Below are positions 1 to 5,955 of a stretch of 32,000 bases of DNA, piece by piece. The position numbers were made by a program, and so were the translations under genes. Origin of the DNA: Candidatus Omnitrophota bacterium (lineage in GTDB: Bacteria > Omnitrophota > Gorgyraeia > 2-01-FULL-45-10); the NCBI GenBank assembly GCA_023818895.1, contig JAMWCX010000003.1, forward strand, positions 289,446-321,445, read 5' to 3'. The notes under the pieces are model-generated. The model saw only the letters and a program-made list of their open reading frames with translations. It was not told the origin of the DNA and ran no database searches. Positions within the stretch are counted from its first letter, which is position 1. Each line of letters starts with the position of its first letter.

Positions 1-297
1 CTGCAAGGTAGAAGTCTGCGGCGTGAAGGCTATCCTCTCAAGGTTCTTGAGATGCTGGCCGTGCTACCTGGAACAAAGTATCTGGAGCGTGTAGCTGTTA
101 ATTCAGCACAAGAAGTGATGCGCGCAAGGCGCGCTATACGCAAGGCGTTTGTCACACAGATGCAGGGGAAAGGTTTTTCAATGGTTGAGGTGCTTTCTAT
201 GTGTCCTACATATTGGGGTATGACGCCCATACAAGCCGCTGAGCGGATAAAAAACGATGTCGCGACATTTTACCCTCTCGGTTTGGTGAAGGGATAG
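1..297 (+). CDS. 2-oxoacid:ferredoxin oxidoreductase beta (TPP-binding) subunit, C-terminal fragment; the 5' end lies outside the window
   Basis: Frame 1 is open from base 1 to TAG at 295-297. The tail ...FSMVEVLSMCPTYWGMTPIQAAERIKNDV... looks like the C-terminus of KorB/PorB-type beta subunits. The gamma subunit gene follows 4 nt later. Confidence 0.75.
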   Translation: MQGRSLRREGYPLKVLEMLAVLPGTKYLERVAVNSAQEVMRARRAIRKAFVTQMQGKGFSMVEVLSMCPTYWGMTPIQAAERIKNDVATFYPLGLVKG

Positions 298-301
298 TTC
301 G

Positions 302-856
302 GTGGTTGTGAAGAAAATATCCAAAAGCGGATGCGAAGGGATTCTGTGCGCCGGATTCGGCGGTCAGGGCATAATGTTTATGGGGAAGCTTCTTGCCGAA
401 GCTGGGCTTCTTGCGGGAAAACGTGTGACATGGATGCCTTCCTATGGTGCCGAAGTAAGAGGTGGCACCGCATATTCAATGACTAAGATATCTAAGGAGG
501 CGATAGCAAGTCCCATAGTTACAAGTCCGGATGTCTTGATAGCGATGAATAAGCCGTCGCTTGTGAAATATGAGGCAAATGTCAGGCCCGGTGGTCTGCT
601 GATATACAACAAAACGCTCGTGGATGTTTTGCCTAAGAGAAAAGACGTAAAGATAATCGGTGTGCCAATGACGGAACTTGCTTCAAAACTAGGCAATACC
701 AGATGCGCGAACATGATAGCTCTCGGCGTGTTTCTAAAAAGGTCAAAAGCCGTCTCGATTAGATACGCTGTAAACGCCCTTAAAGCTGCCCTCAAGAATA
801 GGGAAGATCTTTTTGCTCTTAATAAAAAAGCGCTTGAGAAAGGGTACAGTCTGTGA
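302..856 (+). CDS. 2-oxoacid:ferredoxin oxidoreductase gamma subunit
   Basis: 184-aa ORF with a GTG start. GILCAGFGGQGIMFMGKLLAEAGL...SYGAEVRGGTA is the family-typical N-terminal motif of Kor/Por gamma subunits. Tightly linked to the beta fragment. Confidence 0.85.
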   Translation: MVVKKISKSGCEGILCAGFGGQGIMFMGKLLAEAGLLAGKRVTWMPSYGAEVRGGTAYSMTKISKEAIASPIVTSPDVLIAMNKPSLVKYEANVRPGGLLIYNKTLVDVLPKRKDVKIIGVPMTELASKLGNTRCANMIALGVFLKRSKAVSIRYAVNALKAALKNREDLFALNKKALEKGYSL

Positions 857-857
857 T

Positions 858-2138
858 ATGGTCCGTGTAAGATTTGCCCCCAGCCCTACCGGTTATCTCC
901 ATATCGGGAGCGCAAGGACCGCGCTCTTCAACTGGCTCTACGCCCGCCATTACGGCGGTAAATTCCTTTTGCGCATAGAAGATACCGATAAGACCCGTTC
1001 AGAAAAGAAGTACCTCGATGAGATATTGACCGACCTGCGCTGGCTCGGTCTGGACTGGGACGAGGAGCCGATATATCAGTCAGAGCGTTTCGACGTCTAT
1101 CGTGCCTCCGCTGAGGAACTCGTAAGGTCGGGCAAGGCCTATCGCGAGGGAGAGGCTTATATATTCAGGATCGAAAAAGGTAGAACCATTACCTTCGATG
1201 ACATGATCCACGGCAAGGTCTCCGTGAACACTGATGATATCAAGGACCAGGTTCTTATAAAATCGGACGGCTCTCCCGCATACAATTTCTGCTGTGTTAT
1301 AGACGACGCATTCCTCAATATAACCCATATAATTCGCGGGGACGATCATATTTCAAATACCCCAAAGCAGATACTTTTCTACGAAGCGCTGGGGCTACAA
1401 AGCCCGCAGTTCGGGCATATGCCGCTTATCATGGGCCAGGATGGAGCAAAGCTATCCAAGCGGCATGGCGGAGTGGCTGTAGAAGAATATAAGCGTCAGG
1501 GTTTCCTGCCGGAGTCGTTGGTGAACTATCTGCTTCTTCTCGGATGGTCGCCAGGTGACGACCGGCAGATAATTTCGCTTTCAGAAGCCGTAAAAATTTT
1601 TGATATAAAGGATATGAGAGGCGTTCAGGCGAAATTCGATTTGCAGAAATTGCGCTGGATGAACGGTGAGTATATAGCAGCGAAAAAGACTTCGGAGCTT
1701 CTTCCGCTCATTAAAAAACAGATTGCCGATGCCGCCAAAGAGATTCCGCCCGACGACAAGCTTGCTAAAGTCATAGACCTTTACAAGGTGAGAATAAAGA
1801 CGCTTTCCGAATTTATACCGATGACAGACCACTTCTTTAGTGATGTGTACACAGTCGAGGAAAAGGGCGTGGAGAAGTATTTAAAGCCCGCGGAGTCTAA
1901 AATGATCCTGCGCCAATTTGCCGATCGCATCGAGAGCTTGTCTGAATTTTCGCATGAGAACCTTGAAAAGACATGCCGCACCCTTGCCGAGGAAAAAGGC
2001 CTCAAGACAGCCCAGATAATCCATCCGACGCGGGTCGCGATAAGCGGCAAGACAACAGGGGCGGGGCTTTTCGAGATGATGGAGGTGCTGGGTAAAGAAA
2101 AGGTTCTGGAGCGTCTTCGGATGGCGCAGGGCGCCTAA
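858..2138 (+). CDS. gltX: glutamyl-tRNA synthetase (class I), 426 aa
   Basis: MVRVRFAPSPTGYLHIGSARTALFNW (HIGH motif) and KLSKRHG (KMSKS motif). The track ORF starts at 813, but the in-frame ATG at 858 gives the canonical N-terminus and avoids overlap with the upstream gene. Confidence 0.93.
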   Translation: MVRVRFAPSPTGYLHIGSARTALFNWLYARHYGGKFLLRIEDTDKTRSEKKYLDEILTDLRWLGLDWDEEPIYQSERFDVYRASAEELVRSGKAYREGEAYIFRIEKGRTITFDDMIHGKVSVNTDDIKDQVLIKSDGSPAYNFCCVIDDAFLNITHIIRGDDHISNTPKQILFYEALGLQSPQFGHMPLIMGQDGAKLSKRHGGVAVEEYKRQGFLPESLVNYLLLLGWSPGDDRQIISLSEAVKIFDIKDMRGVQAKFDLQKLRWMNGEYIAAKKTSELLPLIKKQIADAAKEIPPDDKLAKVIDLYKVRIKTLSEFIPMTDHFFSDVYTVEEKGVEKYLKPAESKMILRQFADRIESLSEFSHENLEKTCRTLAEEKGLKTAQIIHPTRVAISGKTTGAGLFEMMEVLGKEKVLERLRMAQGA

Positions 2139-2147
2139 ATTTTTGGC

Positions 2148-3842
2148 ATGGAAAAGAGTATAACCACCAATTTCATACGCGATATAATCGACGAGCACAT
2201 AAGAATCGGTCGTTTTGGCGGCAGAGTACATACACGTTTTCCGCCAGAGCCTAACGGATATCTTCACATAGGCCACGCTAAGGCCATTTGCATAAGCTTC
2301 GGCATAGCGCGAGACTACAACGGCCTTTGCAACCTGCGGATGGATGACACAAACCCAGAGAAAGAGGAGTCCGAATATGTAAACGCCATAATCGAGGATG
2401 TGCGTTGGCTCGGTTTTGACTGGGGCGATCGCCTTTACTACGCTTCGGATTACTTTGAAAAGCTTTACGGGTACGCACTCGAGCTGATAAAACTCGGAAA
2501 GGCCTATGTCTGCGACCTTAACGCTGAACAGATCCGGGATTTTAGAGGCACCCTTACCGAGCCCGGGAAGAATTCTCCGTTTCGCGACCGTTCCGTAAAG
2601 GAAAATCTCGATCTTTTTGAGCGCATGAGAAAAGGAGAATTCCCGGATGGCAGCCGCACCTTGCGCGCAAAGATAGACATGGCAAGCCCCAATATCATAA
2701 TGCGAGATCCGGTTCTTTATCGCATAAAGCGGGAAAATCACCACAGGACAGCGGATAAGTGGTGCATTTATCCAATGTACGATTTCGCCCATTGTCTTTC
2801 CGATTCGATAGAAGGTATAACCCATTCCATATGCACCCTTGAATTCGAGAATAACAGACCGCTTTACGACTGGATACTCGACCAGTTGAAGGTCCACCAT
2901 CCCCAGCAGATAGAATTCGCCAGGCTCAACCTATCGCACACAGTTCTTTCTAAGCGTAAACTTTTACAGCTGGTGCAGGATTCAAATGTAGAGGGCTGGG
3001 ATGATCCGCGCATGCCTACCATATCGGGCTTAAGGCGCCGTGGCTACACGCCGTCTTCAATAAGAAATTTTTGCGACAGTATCGGCGTGTCGAAGGTAGA
3101 TTCCATAGTTGATATTACCGTGCTGGAAAACACTATACGAGAGGAACTTAACAAGAGTGCGCCGCGAGCGATGGCGGTAATAAAGCCGCTCAAAGTCGTC
3201 ATAACCAACTACCCCGAAGGCAAAACTGAGGAGCTGGAGGCTATAAATAATCCAGAGGATCTATCAGCCGGTACACGCAAAGTGCCTTTTTCGAGAGAGC
3301 TTTATATCGAACAGGAAGATTTTCAGGAGACCCCCCCGCCTAAATTCTTCAGGCTTTCGCCAGGTAAGGAGGTCCGGCTGAGGTACGCCTATTTCGTGAA
3401 ATGCATAGGGGTCGTTAAAGACCCAAAGACGGGCCAGATCATCGAAGTCCATTGCACCTATGACCCGGCTACGCGCGGGGGAGACGCGCCTGACGGACGC
3501 AAGGTCAAGGCTACGCTCCATTGGGTGTCCGCTCGCCATGCCATAGAGGCCGAGGTCAGACTGTATGAGCTTCTCTTTACAGCAAGAAACCCCAATGATG
3601 TGCCGGAGGGCGTAGATTTCAGATCCAATCTGAACCCCAAGTCGCTTGAGATACTTAAAGAAGCCAGGCTTGAGCCATTCCTCAAAGATGCCCCACCAGG
3701 CAGCCGTTATCAGTTTGAGAGGCTGGGGTATTTTTATCTAGATCCGGTTTTTGCAAAGGCGGGAAAAAGAGTCTTTAACCGAATAGTTACCCTTAAAGAT
3801 AGTTGGGCGAAGGAGGCTAAAAAGGGCCTTGAAAAGCGTTGA
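2148..3842 (+). CDS. glnS: glutaminyl-tRNA synthetase
   Basis: 564 aa. FIRDIIDEH...[18 protein letters not shown] (HIGH), VLSKRKL (KMSKS), and the C-terminal beta-barrel anticodon-binding region typical of GlnRS. Starts 9 nt after gltX. Confidence 0.93.
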   Translation: MEKSITTNFIRDIIDEHIRIGRFGGRVHTRFPPEPNGYLHIGHAKAICISFGIARDYNGLCNLRMDDTNPEKEESEYVNAIIEDVRWLGFDWGDRLYYASDYFEKLYGYALELIKLGKAYVCDLNAEQIRDFRGTLTEPGKNSPFRDRSVKENLDLFERMRKGEFPDGSRTLRAKIDMASPNIIMRDPVLYRIKRENHHRTADKWCIYPMYDFAHCLSDSIEGITHSICTLEFENNRPLYDWILDQLKVHHPQQIEFARLNLSHTVLSKRKLLQLVQDSNVEGWDDPRMPTISGLRRRGYTPSSIRNFCDSIGVSKVDSIVDITVLENTIREELNKSAPRAMAVIKPLKVVITNYPEGKTEELEAINNPEDLSAGTRKVPFSRELYIEQEDFQETPPPKFFRLSPGKEVRLRYAYFVKCIGVVKDPKTGQIIEVHCTYDPATRGGDAPDGRKVKATLHWVSARHAIEAEVRLYELLFTARNPNDVPEGVDFRSNLNPKSLEILKEARLEPFLKDAPPGSRYQFERLGYFYLDPVFAKAGKRVFNRIVTLKDSWAKEAKKGLEKR

Positions 3843-3867
3843 AAATCGGGCGCTTTTGATATAGAAT
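3839..3867 (+). promoter_or_regulatory. candidate sigma70 promoter for tRNA-Gln (TTGAAA-N17-TAGAAT)
   Basis: TTGAAA 3839-3844, 17-nt spacer, TAGAAT 3862-3867. Overlaps the glnS stop codon, about 100 nt upstream of the tRNA. Confidence 0.4.
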
Positions 3868-3967
3868 TTAGAGGCGATTTTTCGTAATGTTTGCGCCGAT
3901 ATGTCCGCAATGCCTCTTCGTATATTTCTTAACGGCGTTTTGGTGTCAGAATTTATCTCGCAAACAC

Positions 3968-4041
3968 TGACGGGTAGTGTAACGGCAGCACAGCAGACTC
4001 TGGATCTGCTTGTCTAGGTTCAAATCCTAGCCCGTCAGCCA
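3968..4041 (+). tRNA. tRNA-Gln (anticodon CUG), CCA encoded
   Basis: Hand-folded cloverleaf. Acceptor TGACGGG/CCCGTCA (U1:A72, G73 discriminator as in bacterial tRNA-Gln). Anticodon stem GCAGA/TCTGC with loop CTCTGGA. T arm CTAGG-TTCAAAT-CCTAG. 3' GCCA. Confidence 0.9.
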
Positions 4042-4070
4042 ATATAAAAAATCCTCCTGTAGCTTGAGAT

Positions 4071-4183
4071 GCTAGGATTTGAAACAAAATTTGCGCCGAC
4101 CAACGGGAGGAAAAGGCCTCTGGCCGTAAGCAAATTTTGATGGTCTGAAGCCACCTCTGGCGGATGAAGACCAAATCCTAGCC
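4071..4183 (+). ncRNA. tRNA-linked structured element, copy A (Gln-associated); unknown family
   Basis: Aligns with 5117-5220 of the Leu-linked units. Shared blocks: ATTTGCGCCGAC, GGAGGAAAAG, CCTCTGG, CGTAAGCAAATT, GGTCTGAAGC, GAAGACCAAATCC. Helices: H1 GCTAGGATTTG 4071-4081 / CAAATCCTAGC 4172-4182; H2 CAAAATTTGC 4085-4094 / GCAAATTTTG 4130-4139; H3 CGGGAGG 4104-4110 / CCTCTG 4117-4122; H4 GGTCT 4142-4146 / AGACC 4168-4172. The strand is inferred from co-orientation with the tRNA and the downstream terminator. Confidence 0.55.
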
Positions 4184-4193
4184 AGGCAATAAT

Positions 4194-4229
4194 AAAGACT
4201 CTACAAGTACTTCTGGGGAAGTCTTTTTA
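4194..4229. terminator. candidate bidirectional terminator (tRNA-Gln/element on +, dedA-like gene on -)
   Basis: AAAGACT 4194-4200 pairs with AGTCTTT 4220-4226. It is followed by T's on the + strand and preceded by A's (T's on the - strand). The 19-nt loop is large, so this is weak. Confidence 0.35.
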
Positions 4230-4240
4230 TTTGCGAATAT

Positions 4241-4861
4241 TTATTTCAGATACTTGATCGCTAGAAAACCGCCGACGAGGAGCAGGATAAATACGATAGA
4301 GAATATATCGAAATATTTCTCGATCGTATTTTCTATCTTCTTGCCGAATATCCTCAGGGCACCTGCGACGATAAAGAACCGGCCGGCCCTGCCTATGATA
4401 GAGGCTGTCACAAGTGTTAGAAGCGGGATTCTGAAAAGTCCGGCGGCGATTGTTATAACTTTATAAGGTATTGGCGTGAAAGCGGCGGTGAAGATCGTCA
4501 AGAACGCGTTCTCCGCGTATTTTCGACCCACAACATCCATCATCGGCTGCAGATGGTATGTGTTTACTATGAGTTTTCCCACCGTTTCATATAGGCTCCA
4601 ACCTATGAAATAACCGAAAAACGCCCCTGTTACAGATCCGACCGTGCATACCGCTGCGTCAACTATCCACCTTTTTCTGTTCGCCACTACCATTGCGATA
4701 AGGAGAATATCTGGAGGGATAAGGAAGAACGAGCTTTCGATAAATGCGATGCCGAATAGGGCATACGGAGCCTGGGGTGTCTTTGCCCAATGCAGTGTCC
4801 AGTCATATAGATATCTGAAGAAACGTATCGGCAGTATTATTATGTCCGCAACCATCCGCAT
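4241..4861 (-). CDS. DedA/YqaA-family (SNARE-associated) integral membrane protein
   Basis: 206 aa, multi-pass hydrophobic. ...FGIAFIESSFFLIPPDILLIAM...FTPIPYKVITIAAGL... matches the DedA/YqaA signature regions. AAGGA lies upstream of the ATG. Confidence 0.8.
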   Translation of the reverse strand: MRMVADIIILPIRFFRYLYDWTLHWAKTPQAPYALFGIAFIESSFFLIPPDILLIAMVVANRKRWIVDAAVCTVGSVTGAFFGYFIGWSLYETVGKLIVNTYHLQPMMDVVGRKYAENAFLTIFTAAFTPIPYKVITIAAGLFRIPLLTLVTASIIGRAGRFFIVAGALRIFGKKIENTIEKYFDIFSIVFILLLVGGFLAIKYLK

Positions 4862-4948
4862 ATTCTTTTGGGCCTTTCCTTAAAAATCGCTTTCGTATAT
4901 TCTACCAATATCCTAAAGCTATGCAAGGTATTTCGGAGAGAAAACTGC

Positions 4949-4977
4949 TTGATATTTTAAGCCTGCCTCACTATAAT
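4949..4977 (+). promoter_or_regulatory. sigma70 promoter of the tRNA-Leu/element/tRNA-Glu operon (TTGATA-N17-TATAAT)
   Basis: TTGATA 4949-4954, 17-nt spacer, consensus TATAAT 4972-4977, about 28 nt upstream of tRNA-Leu. Confidence 0.65.
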
Positions 4978-5004
4978 AACATGGTAAAAGTTCGCTCTTT
5001 TTAC

Positions 5005-5089
5005 GCGGAGATGGTGGAACTGGCAGACACGCATGTTTGAGGGGCATGTGCCGCAAGGCTTGGGGGTTCAAATCCCCCTCTCCGCACCA
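5005..5089 (+). tRNA. tRNA-Leu (anticodon GAG), long variable arm, CCA encoded
   Basis: Acceptor GCGGAGA/TCTCCGC. Anticodon stem CATGT/GCATG with loop TTGAGGG. Variable arm TGCCGCAAGGCT. T arm GGGGG-TTCAAAT-CCCCC. 3' ACCA. Confidence 0.9.
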
Positions 5090-5233
5090 TGTTGTTTGAT
5101 AGTAGTAACGGCAGAAGGGATTTGAAGCCAATTTGCGCCGACGAACAGGAGGAAAAGTCCTCTGGACGTAAGCAAATTGGCCGGTCTGAAGCAAGCTATG
5201 CGAGCGGAAGACCAAATCCCCCTCTCCGCACCA
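5090..5233 (+). repeat. tRNA-linked structured element, 144-nt unit 1 (Leu-associated); ends with a copy of the last 21 nt of tRNA-Leu
   Basis: Identical to 5234-5377. Helices: H1 GGGATTTG 5117-5124 / CAAATCCC 5213-5220; H2 GCCAATTTGC 5127-5136 / GCAAATTGGC 5172-5181 (10 bp perfect); H3 CAGGAGGA 5146-5153 / TCCTCTG 5158-5164; H4 GGTCT 5183-5187 / AGACC 5209-5213. The 3' tail CAAATCCCCCTCTCCGCACCA equals tRNA-Leu 5069-5089. Confidence 0.9.
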
Positions 5234-5377
5234 TGTTGTTTGATAGTAGTAACGGCAGAAGGGATTTGAAGCCAATTTGCGCCGACGAACAGGAGGAAAA
5301 GTCCTCTGGACGTAAGCAAATTGGCCGGTCTGAAGCAAGCTATGCGAGCGGAAGACCAAATCCCCCTCTCCGCACCA
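5234..5377 (+). repeat. tRNA-linked structured element, 144-nt unit 2 (exact tandem copy)
   Basis: Base-for-base identical to 5090-5233 by eye. Followed by a 7-nt spacer and tRNA-Glu. Confidence 0.9.
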
Positions 5378-5384
5378 TAAACCT

Positions 5385-5462
5385 GGCCCCATCGTCTAGC
5401 CCGGCCTAGGACGTTAGGTTCTCAGCCTAAAGACCGGGGTTCAAATCCCCGTGGGGCTACCA
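5385..5462 (+). tRNA. tRNA-Glu (anticodon CUC), CCA encoded
   Basis: Acceptor GGCCCCA/TGGGGCT. D region TCGTCTAGCCCGGCCTAGGAC is typical of tRNA-Glu. Anticodon stem TTAGG/CCTAA with loop TTCTCAG. T arm CGGGG-TTCAAAT-CCCCG. 3' ACCA. Confidence 0.88.
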
Positions 5463-5555
5463 CTTATCATAACTCAAGTTTGTAACCACGCCCAATAAGG
5501 TCGGCAAAATTCGAACCTCAGTTCAGTATCGAGCGGATGAAGCGGCTTCAGTTTA

Positions 5556-5606
5556 TTTCGAAAATCGAAAAAAAAATTTCGAAAGCACTTGACAAAACTT
5601 TCGAAA
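5556..5606. promoter_or_regulatory. three copies of the palindromic octamer TTTCGAAA (candidate operator array)
   Basis: TTTCGAAA at 5556-5563, 5577-5584 and 5599-5606, spaced 21 and 22 bp. The third copy lies inside the promoter spacer of the HspR-like gene. Confidence 0.5.
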
Positions 5607-5617
5607 TATGATATATT
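5589..5617 (+). promoter_or_regulatory. sigma70 promoter with extended -10 (TTGACA-N17-TATATT, TG at -15/-14)
   Basis: TTGACA 5589-5594, TGATATATT 5609-5617, 25 nt upstream of the ATG at 5642. AGGAGG RBS at 5627-5632. Confidence 0.65.
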
Positions 5618-5641
5618 TTTTTCGGAAGGAGGAAGAGGCGT

Positions 5642-5938
5642 ATGAAGCGCAAAACTGTGGCAAACGAAGCGGAATCAGCAGGTATCAGCATGGACGAGCC
5701 GATAATGACCACAGGGGTGGTGTCGGGTATTCTTCATATGCCTCTATGGGTTCTCAAACAGCTCGACAAGCATAAGATAGTTTCGCCAAAACGCAGGAAA
5801 GGGATGGGCAGGCTGTATTCTCAAAGAGAATTTAACAAGTTAAAGCATATATGGTATTTAATGAAAGTTCGCCGTGTGAAGGTTGATGGGATTAAAGTTA
5901 TATTAGAGATGGAAGCAAAAGGATATAAGACGGTATAA
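5642..5938 (+). CDS. MerR-family HTH regulator, HspR-like (heat-shock repressor type)
   Basis: 98 aa. The core ...VVSGILHMPLWVLKQLDKHKIVSPKRRKGMGRLYSQREFNKLKHIWYLMKVRRVKVDGIKVILEME follows the HspR/MerR pattern (HTH, ..VSP.R...G.R.YS..D...L..I, ..V.L.GI..I.E.E). Sits at the head of a small-HSP cluster. Confidence 0.7.
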   Translation: MKRKTVANEAESAGISMDEPIMTTGVVSGILHMPLWVLKQLDKHKIVSPKRRKGMGRLYSQREFNKLKHIWYLMKVRRVKVDGIKVILEMEAKGYKTV

Positions 5939-5955
5939 ATTTTTTTGAGCAGGAA

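Noticed and set aside
813-857. 15-codon upstream extension of gltX given in the ORF track (MLLIKKRLRKGTVCD).
   Set aside because: It overlaps the end of the gamma-subunit gene. The ATG at 858 gives the canonical GluRS N-terminus (MVRVRFAPSPTG).
1881-2900. 339-aa minus-strand ORF antisense to gltX/glnS.
   Set aside because: It lies wholly inside two confidently identified synthetase genes on the opposite strand. Its sequence has no recognisable motifs, as expected for a shadow ORF.
4021-4183. Integrase-type attL/attR scar (island integration into a tRNA 3' end) as the sole explanation of the duplicated tRNA 3' segments.
   Set aside because: At the Gln locus the identity to the tRNA stops exactly at the end of helix H1 (CAAATCCTAGCC) and is followed by AGGCAAT. 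That sequence could not complete an acceptor stem, so neither flank reconstructs an ancestral tRNA 3' end. No integrase gene is present, and the 'insert' is only about 110-125 nt. A mobile origin is not excluded, only the classical att-scar reading.
5147-5164. Resemblance of GGAGGAAAAGUCC to the universally conserved RNase P RNA P4 segment GAGGAAAGUCC.
   Set aside because: The element is far too small to be an RNase P RNA and lacks the partner P4 strand. The segment pairs locally as hairpin H3. This is probably a coincidence.
5183-5213. Hammerhead ribozyme or box C/D-like K-turn in helix H4 (CUGA...GAUGAAGA / CUGAAGC...GGAAGACC).
   Set aside because: The hammerhead core needs CUGANGA plus GAAA with three helices, and here the sequence is CUGAAGC, so A9 is missing. 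The C/D resemblance (CUGA plus AUGAAGA) is partial and present in only one copy. I keep just the observation of tandem sheared G-A pairs.
5069-5377. CRISPR array or simple satellite as an explanation of the tandem units.
   Set aside because: The units abut directly with no unique spacers, and there are only two copies. The unit is 144 nt with complex internal structure, and no cas genes are nearby.
5089-5409. Track ORF of 106 aa (+) with an exactly repeated 48-aa peptide, plus the overlapping minus-strand ORFs 4919-5392 (157 aa) and 5068-5319 (83 aa).
   Set aside because: The periodic peptides are an automatic consequence of a 144-nt (48-codon) tandem DNA repeat. The ORFs overlap three tRNA genes and have no Shine-Dalgarno sequence. 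The Gln-linked homolog does not preserve any of these frames, whereas its substitutions preserve RNA helices.
5472-5478. ACTCAAG, one half of the HspR HAIR operator, downstream of tRNA-Glu.
   Set aside because: There is no matching CTTGAGT half-site 7 nt upstream. A single heptamer is expected by chance.
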